Assembly (NCBI GenBank): GCA_049724395.1
Contig: JAUGWO010000078.1
Span: 1 to 64,000, forward strand
Origin: Spongospora subterranea f. sp. subterranea
Lineage: Eukaryota
Direction of reading: 5' to 3'
Length of the DNA: 64,000 nucleotides
This document shows, in pieces, positions 10,987-24,240 of the stretch (position 1 is its first letter; each line of letters begins with the position of its first letter). The notes under the pieces are model-generated. The model made no database searches and was not told the origin of the DNA. It worked only from the letters and a program-made list of their open reading frames with translations. The position numbers were made by a program, and so were the translations under genes.

Positions 10987-12187
10987 ATGGCACTGCCCGC
11001 CAAAGCGCCAGCCAGATTGCTGACATCGTCCTATGCCATGCCCAAATTACAGACTGCCGCGGCCGCGTTCAGGAATACAATCCCTGGCAGTTCATACGGA
11101 TACAAAGGAAAACCGCTATTGCCAGGGATTCCGGTTCAGATCGAGGTATGATACCGTAGATTCAACGCTCGCGTGGCGAAAGCAACATATTTTCAGATTC
11201 ATAAAGAGAGAATAAAAAAGCGTCCAGACCGATATATACGAGTTAATGACAAGTCAAACAACGTTCATGCTAATAATTTTTTGGAAGATCACGTCCATTA
11301 TTTAACAAGCTTATGCCATTCACCAACTGCATACACACCAATGACCATACTTGGTATATATATTGCTGTATTCTAATTTCATTTATTCAACACTTAGCAA
11401 CAGGTCGATTCGTTGGGCCGGGATTTACGCAACAGGGCTACGCCTGCAGTAAACTCTTATCGCCATACTACTTTATCGACGGAATTGTTGTACACGACAC
11501 AGAAGAATATGTGTCTTGTCCAGAGAGAATATGTGATATGCTGGAGAGTCCGCTGGGACTCCAATGTAAGTTTCAAGTCCTGAAGAGAATCACTTAGCCA
11601 ACCGTTTCTTATTAGGTCCTATAAGTCGTGTTTTACCTTGGATTGCAGAAATTCACCCAAATGTGAAAGATGAGCGACCTTATCTCAGAGAGTTACTAGC
11701 TCAAACCGGTAATATCGATGCGTATATCAAGAGCGAATTCAAAATCGATGGTCCTGGTGAAGGAGCCATATTTTACCCTCAATCAGACTTCCTTACAATC
11801 AAGTAGATATGCCTTACTCATTGATTGTCACGTTTGGTCGTTGAACAATTTTTCAGAGAGCTGTCGCAATTTGGGTTTATCGCTGCGACAACTCGTAATG
11901 TTGACCTCTTTGCGTCGATGTCGACGCGCATCGGTGCTGAAGCAGCGCGACACGTTCAGAATTTTGTTGATGCCAATATATCTCCAGAAATTATTTCAAG
12001 CGTTGCTGGTGATATCCCGTTAGATAAACGATTCACCCGACGGGTTATGAACGATGTCCTAGCAGCTACAGAGAGTAAAATCAAGGAGGCATGTAAAGCC
12101 GAACCACTTCTACAGAAAAGAGAAGTCGAAAATGCCGTTACGAGAATTGCTGCCGAGTGGTTTGTTAATAAATGCAACCAACTATAA
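10987..12187 (+). CDS. Five-exon, 333-aa protein resembling Rnl2-family RNA ligases with degenerate catalytic motifs
   Basis: Exons 10987-11145, 11197-11353, 11398-11565, 11616-11802 and 11857-12187 splice at GT-AG into one open frame. It contains TGRFVGPGFTQQGYACSKL, FKIDGPGEGAIF and RRVMNDVL...AVTRIAAEWF. The family call is from remembered motif patterns, not a search. Confidence 0.65.
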
Positions 12188-12315
12188 CCCCACTAGGACG
12201 ACACCACGAAAACACTCTGTTAAATCAACGCCCTAACCGACTCCATGGAAGCAATACGTAATATGACACAACGTTTATGCTGAGAATAGATTGACTAGAA
12301 AACACAACAAGGTAA

Positions 12316-15300
12316 CTAGATAGTGACCAATGAAGAGTATTCGGTAGCAGAAACAGTGGCAGGTATTGGGCGACGATCGCTAGCCAGCAATTCCACGGCA
12401 TTGTCGGCGTTTTTTTTCTTCGAAATCTCTTCGATGATTCGCTGTTGCTTTTCCAATTGCGTTCGAATTTGCGAAATTGTTTCGGCAGATTGCTGAAAGG
12501 ACAATTCAGAGCAGGAAACAGAAGAAGGTAACGAGTAATTTGACCTGCCGCCGCCCTTTTCTGGACCCTCGAAGAAGATCATCAACAACCAAACCCTTTG
12601 AGAATGCGTTATGGAAAGTGAGACGGGTCTGGATATATGCCGGAAAGTAAAGTAGGGCCAAGACAACAACAGGAATGAGAAGGGAAAGTCCCAGACAATA
12701 ATGGTACACTTTGCACAGCTGAATAACGATAGACCAGCGAGCTCCATTTACCTAAGGGTGTGCACAAGATGGGTACGCAAGGATTTGGATTAAGGGTTGT
12801 CGGCTACCATGAGACAGGAAACGAAAGCGGCAACACAAAACATAATACCAAGAATGGTTTGAAGTGTCGCTTCAATGCTGGGAATTTGAACGTGAGCCCA
12901 AACAACCGCAGCAATCGGCAAAACAGTTAGTAGCAATGATAATACTGCATTGATTGACCTGCCAACGCATTGACTTCGAGAATACCGGTGACAACGGAAA
13001 ATGAATGGAAGCGCAATTGACACTACAACTGCCTGCAAAAAATTGGTGAACATTGGTCTGCAAACGGTAGCGAAAATGACATATTCGTACAACGCTACAG
13101 GAGACGACTGAGAAGAAAGTAGACTGGGCACTATTTAACAGCCCTAAACCGATCAGAACATATCTCTGCTTTGCAATACAAAGCATCAAACGAGATTGCC
13201 AGTCGAGATTTTTCTGATAAGAGTTTTCCTCTTCAAACCACGCCTAGATATATAAAACAAATGGATTCGCGAAATCGGATTTTACCGATGACCAATAGAT
13301 CAATACCTGCCAAGACTGACCGCTGGCGCCCTCTTTACGATGCATCCATCGAAGAAAATCTGTAGCATCTTCAACCGTTTTCTCCCATTCAAAGGCCATG
13401 GGGTTGAACCAAAATGGAGCGAAGCCTAGAAGAATACGTAAGCTTGATGTCAAAAAATGATGAATCACGTTCTTACTCCACGAAATCGCAAGCATCCACA
13501 CAGGCCACATCGACGTCCAATAGATGTGTTCTGCCACAGTGAATTGGTGATACAAAATAAGACAAATGTACAATTCCAACGCCTTAAACACGAATCAGGA
13601 AAACCAACAGAATGCACAACCAGATAGTTACTTTGCTAAAGTGGGATGACGCATGAAACCGATAAATCTCAGCGAAGGCTTCATGCTTAGTGATGAATCC
13701 TCTACCGGTAGGCCTATATTTTGCTCCGCCAGCAAGAACTGTTCTTTCAAAGTAATGAGCCTTTGTTGCTGAAAAGTCGCATGTTGGAACAAAACATTAA
13801 CCAGGGGTGACAGTGTAGAAAATCTTACCCATTGCAAAACAAAAGAACAGAGGACCACCAGTGAGCAACATTTGCATTGTAAGTACAGCGGCAGTTCTAA
13901 AGCCGCGATTGACCCCGAGAGTCGCTGGGAAAACCGCTTCAACAATCGCAACCTCATGAGACAGAACGTATGTACCCAGAATCGGCAAAGTGGTAAGGAA
14001 TCCGACCATTCCGAACCAATAGGCCCCAGAGGACACACCAGCGAACATATCCATGAACGTAAACCCGAAAAGTGACCATAACAGTTTTGAGTAAACCAAA
14101 AAGAACACAGCCTATTCACATTTCAACGCCACACATTTGAAAAAGAAGTAATGTGCAAACCAAAATGGTGAACGAATTGTTGAAGTAAAACCCAAGACCG
14201 CCGGTGTAAAAGGACATTAGACGGAAGAAATCGAACTTATCCGCAATACGGGCGACATCACGGGAAAACGACTGCTCCGCAGCACCTAGACGAATGTCAC
14301 AAACTTGAATGGTGTGATGATGATAAACAAACTGACTGACCCTGCGACAGCTTGGCTTCAAAAGTAGTCAGTTGCTGTAAACCAACATCACGTCCTTTCC
14401 CGACTATTATTAAACCAGCCTAGGTTAGGCAACCGGCCAGAAATAAATCTCAAGGTTAGAACTTACTCTCCATAAATTCCTTAAAGACAACGCTACCCCC
14501 ACGAAGGGTAGTGTTGTAACCAGCGAAAATGTCTTCGCTGAGATTGATTCCACGGCTGGCTTTGGATACCCCACCTCTTGTCAGATGGAAAATTTTGTCA
14601 AACACATCGGGATGGCCATAATGCATCCTAGCGATGACGTCGAACAATTGGGGGGCATTGAAAAGCAGTAAATTACCGAATACGCAGAGGATTTGCCAAA
14701 ACGCGTTGACCAAGCGTTACAAAAACACCCTCTTGGAGCGCCATGTAATTTGCAATACTGGAAAGACGACTCGTAAAAATATGTTCAGCAAAACCGACAA
14801 TTGTGATAGGGCGATCGGCAGTCCCTTGATCAAATTCCTGTGGTAATCATCAGACGTCAAACTGATCAACTGGTGAAAAGGCAAACCTGTAACATGTTTC
14901 TCATCTTGAGAGCTTCCTCAAAGTAGGCATCTTGGTTCATGTCCACGGTTTGCAGCATCTCTCCACGGGTGAAAATAACAGCATGATTCTGATTTTCAGG
15001 TTTTCCTGAACAGCCGCAATCAGCCTTGATTACTGACCATTATACGAAGTTATACCCTCGCCAACAATCGGGTTGCCGGGAAGTTTGATTCTATACACCT
15101 CCTGGATTTGCGGAATATTATCGACCTGATATCTCCGATGAAATCAAAGCCGAAACGTATTCAGAAAATGTACTATACCATAACAGACTTGATAAGAACA
15201 GAAAAGTGTTCCTCAATTTCAAGAGTTGCACCAGAATCATCATGGACAGCGACCTAACATATTGAGACACGAAACATATGGATGGCGACAAAATATACCT

Positions 15301-18300
15301 GAACAGTGTCGATGTAGGCAACACGAAGAGTGGGATATTTGGAAAGCATGAAATCAATGTCAGAGGCTCGGGGATCTCCCGTTCGTTTCTGCATTCCATA
15401 TCGCTGACATGTCACAATGTAGGTAAACTTTTGCAACGCAGTATTGGAGAGCTCTTGAGGACTTGCGTGTCTATCTTCCAGATGAGCAAGCAACTGCAAC
15501 GCTTCATCATGTTGCATCATTCCTGCAACGGTGCGGAAAAGTGTCTGTCCCCTGTTCGTTGCCCATAATTGAGCCTGAAATGGAAAGTTTCAAAGAGTAT
15601 ACAAAGCATAGCGGAAGTTATGTTTACCTGATGGCCTTTATCTGAGTCTAAAACATCATTATCTAAAGGGTCTGCACCGACGCGCTCGCAGAAATTCGCC
15701 CATTCGTCGCTGAAAATAGTCTTCAAATATAAAAGAGGAGAAACACCATCCTCGGTTTCTTTCAACAACTCGGAACGACTATATATGACGTCTTCAGAGT
15801 AAAATGGAGTGAGAATAGACCATGAATGCATGCTCTTGACACTTCTAACAGCAGGCATATCCATGAACAATGAGTTGACGAAGCACCTATAACAAATAAG
15901 GCGCAAGTGGGGAAAGAATAACATACACGCACTGCATTCGTCGTCGAGCTTCGGTATGATTTTGGTCTAGCGTCAATTGCGGCTAAGGTCAGAAGAGTAT
16001 ACAGACTGGAAATTTCTGATTTGGAATTAGGATTAACCAGGAGCGAATACACCCTCTCTAAAGTGTAGTCTTCGTTATGGAAGAATCCATCAGGTTTGGA
16101 AACGATGAGCTTGATAGAATCAACAACCTCTGATCGTTGGGAGCACCCTTTGACAACGTCCAAGAGGGTACGAACCTAAACAAAATGGTGATAAGATGAC
16201 AGATAAGATTTATGTCAGACCATCCAACCTGGGTGCGTAAAATCCTTACTTCCCCATGGGGAAGAGGTACGTTTTTTCCTAACTTCGTTAACATCAGAAG
16301 CATTCCAGAACTTTGTTCTCTTTTGATAGAATGTCCTGACATCTTCGACAACAGCCTCGGATGTGAGACTGGATCGACACCTGTTCGAACATTCAAACAC
16401 AGACAACACGAAACAATTTCTACAAACCAGCAGGTTCAGGAGTATCTGGTTTTTGTTTCTGCTTGACGGCAACCACCAGAAGGCGAACTAAATCTAGTAA
16501 CGCTTCCTTCACGAGGGCAAATTTTCGAACATCATAGTTTTCCAAAACACTTTGTCGGCGGTAACAGTTGAGAAAATGGTCCAAAAGTGTGTTGATTTCC
16601 TTCTCATGCCTGTAAAAGATTTAGATATGCATTTCACGGCTGGAAGTCGAGTGGAACCTTTGACCAAGTAGCGACTTCAAAATCCAGTTTGACGCGGTCC
16701 ACAGCTGAGCAATAGAATCTTTCATGTTGGGGTCAGAATTTAAAACGTGCGTCAGATTCAGCTCATAGGTTGAACGAGTCCCCACACCGTCCGCACGACG
16801 TTCCGCATCAAGCTGGATGGCAAGTTGTAGAGCATTATCCAGAGCACCTAAAATTACATGATGAAAAAAGCAACGCGTTGAACAGAGATTCGTACCGGCG
16901 CAAAGAAATAACGGAAGCCGCAATTTGTCGTCTTGCATCCTGAAGCTCAGCATATCGCGCTCTGAGTTACTCAGTAAATCTCTATACCTCATGTCTTTGA
17001 TAAACCCGGCCCATGCTTCAGAAAATTTGGTCCTAAGTACAATTCAAAGGACCGATAAGTTATGTTTAACAAGGGAACAACCATGTTTCAGATGACAAAT
17101 CAACATCGCTAGAACTGTTTTCAGATGAAACGACTAATTGATGAGGGGATTCGGAAGCCAAGAGAGGTTGAGCAAGCTCCGAAAGGGACTTTAAACTAGG
17201 CCTATTAATCGAGCGACCGCTGTCGACACGGATTCGGACAGAATGAGATGACTTATTTATCAGCTTCTTCTCGAACTCAGAGGCGATGTCCATGAATCTA
17301 GTTTGAATCATGCTAAAATATCGAATCTTGAAAAAAATTCAGCGACTAGTCATATGTAAACTATAAGATATTACTTCACCAAGCTTCTGCGACACACCGA
17401 CGAACGCGCCAACACCGGCAGACCAAATGGCATACCAAACACTTAAATCGATCAGGTATATGAACACAAACGGGAGCCAGAGTGAAAAAAGCAGAAGAAA
17501 TTGAGAATAAGGAAATAAGACATTCTGATGCGAAGGCTCCATGAGAAGTTGAATCGTTGGATATATAAGCGGGCGGATTTGAAAAAAGAACGAACAAGTA
17601 AACTTGCACGCGAACAGGGTGATCCAAAAGACCTGATACCTATCAGTAATACGTCAGAAATTGGTGCAATGACATCAAAGACACAATACTTGAAACAATC
17701 GCGCTCATGCTCAGCCATGTTATTTCCGACATAAAGATTATGAGATGGCCACCAGATGGATGAAACATATCGAAGCGGAGGATATGAGGTGAGAGTTTGT
17801 CCCAGAACCGGAATGAGTTGAGGCCCTAAGCAGAGAATGCAAGGCACCAAGTACAGAAAAGCAATATGTTGGAAAGCGAGCCAACTGTTGCACAAAACCG
17901 ATCAGTCCTTGAATACTGCGAATAGTCGACAATGGTAATACCTTCTTTCGGTGCTAACGAGTCCAAATTCAGTCGTAAAAGACCAAACGTAATACAGCGT
18001 TAAGGAAATAAAAAGCCCGGCCTTGAGAAGCAGTCTTAGGAAACAACCAAAGGTTTGTGAAGTAGATGGCGTTTCCATCCCCCCAAGACCCCACAAATAC
18101 AATAATTCTCCAGCCAAGTTCATAAAAGACATCGTCAACAGAACGCTGCCCAGGGGCTGAAAAAAGGTGTTAAAAGTAGGACTCAACGAAACCAGAAGCC
18201 ATACCTTTGAAAATTACATCGCTTGAAATTGACGATCCGTAAAATTCCAGGAAGGCAATGCAGGTTAGCACATGAAAAGAAATCGCCATAAACGAGAAAA

Positions 18301-20038
18301 CCCGGAAAAAACTTTTGAATGGATGAAGCCAGCTTCTTCTTTCAATATACGTCTTTCTAGTAGTTAATAGCCCAACCGTGATCCCCGGCATCGCTCCGTA
18401 TCTATGGGGTGTCTGTGTCTACGCAAAGGGTCACAAAACCGATCGGGAAACATCTGTGAAGAACCTGTAGAGAAAACGCAGAATGGTGATACTTCAGGCA
18501 GGACTTGTTCCAAAAAAATTCGTTGATATCGTCATAGTTCAAATTCGCAGTGTGGTCTCCTTTAGGTTGGGAAACTATTACGTCGTAAATTGGCCTGACT
18601 ACAGCTGCAAGAAACGTTCCTGGTGGCGTTTTAGTAGAAGGAACAGGCTGACCCCCTTGTGCCTCGCTGGACTGTACCCGGCTCGTTAGTAAGATCGTAT
18701 GATAAAAAGAAGCAACTTCAAACCGTTTGATGAAAAAGGTAACAAATCAGTTCAGGACAATGCCTGAGATTACTAGCTTCACCCCAAATGGACATGTACA
18801 GCGCCAAATCCCACAGCGCGGCTAATGCGCCACAGCTTTTCCACAGCAGAGCCTCCCGTACTTTCATTCGAGAGCACCAAGCTCTGTAGTTTTCGAAGAT
18901 CTGGCTTGGAAATAAGAGGCCACAATAAACAACTGCAACTAGGCGAACACACCTTAACATGAAGACGCTCAACAAAATCACCGTTTCCATGGCTCTTCAT
19001 GGAGGAAAGCAAAAATAGAACGTGTTCCTTTTGATTATCACGATTATCTGTTTGAAAACCAAACCAATTGGAGACTTCATTAAAAGCCCGGGTTAACTTA
19101 TCATCAACCGGAACTAAAGAGGGAGGGAGTTCGGCATAGTCAATGTAATTAAATGACGCGTGATTCTGAGAATCATCCATATTTGCAGTAGAAGTACTAC
19201 GTTTGATGAACATTTTATCCGCCTGAAACAGAAACATTAGCGACCATGCGACGGCTAACCTTGGCCTGCAGACCTTATACACAGCAGGAGTGGATCGCAA
19301 CGAAACTTTTGTCACCTCAGGCCCAAGGATAAAATGCTGGACGACTATTGAGACTACAGAAAGAATACCCCAAGCTATGATAGCGGGAAAAAATGCTCCA
19401 TCACCAGTGTCATCCGACTCAATGCCCTTGGTCAATAGATTTACCAAAAACGTCGTAAATCTGGCGCTTATCATTCCGTCAATTCCGATGATGAGCCCCA
19501 AAGACCCGACCACGGAACTCGAAATAGTCATCGTCACTGTTGGCTTTCCAACGGCCACAATCATCATTATGATGACCAGAGCAACCAGCAGAATAATGAC
19601 AAAGTCGTTACGAAACCAAAGAGCATGAGCTCTGTGGAAAATTATCAACGCTATGAGGCCTAACGCAGAAAATGAATATTGGTGATAGGCATTTTGAATA
19701 TGATTATTCATACTAATAGCTGCTCCAAGAGCTGCTCCGGATGCAACATGACGAATCAATATGCATAGTAATCCAGAGATCGTAACACCGATTATGCAAA
19801 TGCATATCAATGCTCCAGTTGAACCCATCCCCGCAGTAGCAGAAGGAACAATGGCATGAATCAGGACAAGACCCAACGCGATACCGAGAGCAAGCGCATA
19901 AAGTCGGCGTAATTTGCGGCCAAATAATGCAATGACACCGCCGAGGATGATTAACGGAACAGGTAAAGCTCTCAGAGCATGTTCAGGAAAACTAATCGGA
20001 GTCGGATCATCAGGTATCGGCACCACTGATGGATCCAT
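12316..20038 (-). CDS. 1,3-beta-glucan (callose) synthase, GT48, multi-exon, with an extra N-terminal multi-pass membrane domain
   Basis: Motifs [92 protein letters not shown] and a transmembrane C-terminus, in the expected order. Confidence 0.95.
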
Positions 20039-21567
20039 GTCGAAAAAAAGCGGTAAACAGATTCGGCTTCGACGCCAAAAGTAGACGAAGATGATTAGCA
20101 ACGACCTTCCACGTCTGATTTGTCTAGGGTCACACAATCCTATAGATATTCACTTCACACAGTGCAGCAACAACGCTTAGATGTAACAGGCAGATGGTTG
20201 TGAATCAGGCAGCTAGGCTACAGGTAGGCAAACAGCTCGGAGGCGATTGCCTTTCGACAACACCGATAGCTGATGAGTACTACCTACTGGTACCAGGAAG
20301 GATACCTGGAGGTCGCGGAGTCTCCCAGTCAGTCAGGGCTTCAGGGACGCCGCGTAATTTTGCGCGCAGCTGCGGCATTACTTGGAGAGTCTAAATATAG
20401 ACCGCACCCGCCACCAGCCTTGCCACATATTTCAGGGTCTACTGCATGGACGCGAGCTGCCGGCTGCAGTACCGTTTTTGGGATCTGCAGTATATTCATC
20501 TGGTGGCATATAAGTAAACGTTCACATGTTAATACCAACTTTCGTCAATCTGCTACAGATTTATTTGCGGTTCGATTAACGTCACTTGTCGTGGAAAGCC
20601 GCTACAATCATCGCTGACACGGTTCACGTCGTTGTCGTCTCACTGTCAGACAACCTGGAGTCCGTTGGTTGTCAAAGTTTTAACTGATAACTTGTCGATG
20701 CGCCTGGAACTTATTCCGAAGCGTTTCAGATTTTCTTCGATAGATCTCATGGAAGAGGTCTGTTTGTCCCTTACACTACTTGTGGGCGATGACATCGAGA
20801 TGGACTTCGTACTCAATTACAATGATCTAGAGCATAATAGTGTGACTCTGCTCGAGTCGTTTTTTATTGACCGTTCTACGATCATGTTGGTGATGCCGAT
20901 TATTTTTTTGCAACACGTGTATTGTTCATCCCCGCTATCTGTAGGTGAAGCGGTAGTTCATCTCAGACCTGGAAGCCATTGCGTCAGATACCACATCAAA
21001 TTCGGTTAGAGAAGGCGTCACACGAGCACCTGCGAGACGCTTTCCTGCATGTCGCCCTCCCGCTAAATTTCGTCCGCAATTTGTTTCCAACGAGCAAATA
21101 TTTATCAAAGAGCACTCTCAAATACTAAGAAAATCACGCCATATGCCTTCAGCAATAGTCGTGTCACTCATTTATTTCTGAGGCATAAGTCTCAGGACTT
21201 GTCACCCCTCTTCAACTTTCCTCACGGAGTGATTCATTGACGTCCCACTGACATTTCTTGAATTGCCACTGATTGTCATGCGCCGGCCCATAGTCTGAAT
21301 TTAACAGAATGGGTTCGATCATATCAATAAAATGAAAACCGCTGACGGTTTTATTTAACCGTATTATAAAAATGAACAGAAAAGCGAAATCGTAGAAAAA
21401 TTGAACAAAGTGATACTGTAGATTCGCGCGAAATAATAATATTGAGCAATCATGATCTGCAGTGTGATCGTCTTCAACTACAATAGTGTCTATTTTTTGA
21501 ATATGCAGGTTTTTCTTACGATCGTGACCAAAAAACTGAACAGATTTATTGAAATAAAATGAACAGT

Positions 21568-22382
21568 TCAAACCACAATTGCAAATTCTTTCCAGATTCT
21601 GACGGATTCGGTGTACTTAACGCGATCCAGAGGGACTCCAGAACCGCCTTCTTCTAAAGGTAGCGCATTTCGCATCATGGTGATTGGTGCCATTGGCACT
21701 TCTGCATTAAGAGTTTGAGCTTTAACAGATATGATTCCCCATTCGATTGAATCCGGAAATACGTCAGGTTCACCAGTGGCTTTATTCTCCTTCTTGATCT
21801 GCTCCCGGCTATACAGTATAATATCCAGATACTTGGCAACGGGCGTTTCAACGACTTGACTGTAATTAGACGTTAAATTGGCGATTAATACAGCTCGATA
21901 ACGCACCTTGGAAACCATCTGGACAAGACCGGAAGCTCATGCTCTGTTCGGGAAATATAATCGGAACTATACACATGATCATAAATCAGAGGAACACCGA
22001 CGCTTGCTATTACGACACCCACACGAGGAGATGACGATTCTCTGGAGTGATTGCAATGGCATACGTCTTAGCGGGCGTAAAATTCTCAATGAAGAAATGC
22101 TTACAAAATGGGGCATAGCCCGGCTTCAAAATGGACTAAAGAACTGTTAAAAAGGCGACATCAAAGATCACAACCTTCCTACTCCATCAGAATGCGACGC
22201 CAATTGTTCCTTGTACGCCTTTATCATTCCCATGTGATTAAACTAAAAAATGGCCAATGGGAACGACAGACCTCGTTGACCTTGGCAGCGAACTCTGTCG
22301 GATCATAGTCGATAAATCCTGGTTGATTCGGTTTGGACCTATTGAACTGCCGTAAGGCAAACGGCTCCAAAGACAGAAACAT
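21568..22382 (-). CDS. DUF3228-family protein, multi-exon
   Basis: N-terminal LEPFALRQF, then AKYLDIILYSREQI, WGIISVKAQ, PMAPITMMRNAL and GGSGVPLDR. Confidence 0.85.
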
Positions 22383-23664
22383 GCAGAAGAATCTCCGGCA
22401 CTTCGCAACCATGTGATTTGCCGACCCAGTCCGAGCTGTACTGGGCAGGGGGCGATTCCGCCCGCCACAAAAAACATATTCGGTTTGCTGTTATTGCCTC
22501 GCTCAAACTGCTTTAATAGCACATTTGAATCAGTCATAATCGGTTGCCATCGCCTTGCAGCACACTGACGACGAGAGGTGGCGAGCCCTCTCGATGAAAA
22601 CGACGTCGAACCGGTTCTGGAAAGATCCCAGTCGGAACTGTTCCAAAGGGATCAAAGGCTTGCTGCCCGCGCTAATCTCGGTCATTACCTTACCTCATAT
22701 AGGCTCTCCGTATTCATACCGGATGCGTCATGATTCTGATAAATTCATGTGTCTTGGTCATTGTCAAATTTGTACGATTTTGAAAACAATCGAAGTCATC
22801 TGCACTTGTAAATTCGTCAATTTCAAAACGGCGTAAGGACGGCTGTGATTTGCTGGACTTGTTAGTTCTCAACAAACGGTCAAGAAAGCACACCTGCCAT
22901 AACTTGCATCGACACAAACTGATGCCGCTTACTCATGACGTGGGGAAAGCGCCCATGCCCATCTGCCACCACACCGTTTTCCGCCTCGACCTCCAAGTTA
23001 TTTTCCTGAGTCTCCATCTGCCCCTCAGTTACTTCCGGGAAATTTGGTCAAGACCCTAGCGACCTCGACCGCAATGTTCTGCCCATTGAAGGTCGTGATT
23101 TACTAGCTCGTTGTTGTGCTGACGTCCAAACTCTTGTCGTCCTTGTTCGCGCCATGGTGATTTATGTCACATATGGAGCGTGCACGTCAAGGAAAGAACC
23201 CGAGGAAAGTGACTCACGTGCCAAAGCAATTGAGAGAGTCAACTAAGCCTAGCCGCAAGGCGATATCAAGTATCATCTGAATAAAACAGGTGATACGAAA
23301 TCACTTCTATAATTCTTTAGTACTCTATAATCTATCAGATTAACAGTCGAGCCGCGCCAACTATAAACACATCAGTTGGAAATCGCGACGCCTACGTGAA
23401 CGCGTCGATAGGCGTATAAAATACATGGCGTCACAGATTAGCGCCGCACAAGCAGCCAACCTGAAGGGCGAAGGTTAATCAAACCAAACCCGGATTCGTT
23501 CAATGTTGGCGACCATAAGATAAGGACCTTATTGGCCCCGTTCCCCCGTTCCCACAACTGCTCAGCCACCTAGAAAGTGATTGCCAACTTAGAACCCCAG
23601 AAGACACTAGCTTCGATGACCCAGATCACCTAGAAAGGGTATCTCTTTTCTAACAGAACGTGAA

Positions 23665-23877
23665 ATGGTCAAGACCATAATCACCCTAAAAATGGATCCA
23701 GTCATGGCCCTAGCATCAGTGTCACCGGCACCCAGCACGATTCTTAAAAGTCACATCGTTCTTACTTGACTGTGCTTTCAAGGATTCGTATAATCGCTTT
23801 GGCGTGCTGGATGCCGGTGACACTGATGCTAGGGCCATGACTGGATCCACCATTAGGGTGATCATGGTCTTGACCAT
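23665..23877. mobile_element. 213-bp MITE-like hairpin with 75-bp inverted arms
   Basis: 23665-23739 matches the reverse complement of 23803-23877 with 5 mismatches; 63-nt spacer; intergenic. Confidence 0.75.
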
Positions 23878-24240
23878 AACGATCCGATGCTGTTTATATA
23901 GTAAGGCCTGTGTTTTTAACTGCGGTGACTAAACTCAGCATAATCTATCAATCTATGATGTTGCTGTGCATTGGCCGATTGTGTGTGCACAAAATTCTTC
24001 GGGCCGCTGGATGTGAATATACGTCTGACCCTAATGCAACACTCAGATATTGTATGCTTCCGATCAGCGGACTGAGGACGCGTTATCGAGTTGTGCGCCC
24101 AGTGGCCACATGGCACATCGGATGACTATCATTTGCTGTCAACTGGGCACACAACTGACTATGGTTGTTTTCCCAGTCAATTTCCACTACCATATGTTGT
24201 CCCTGAGAAACCCATACCATAGGGATGCTCATCAAATTTC

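Noticed and set aside
20273..21200. Possible spliced + strand gene beginning MSTTYWYQEGYLEV
   Set aside because: Splice-like signals exist, but I could not build a confident model or assign a family.
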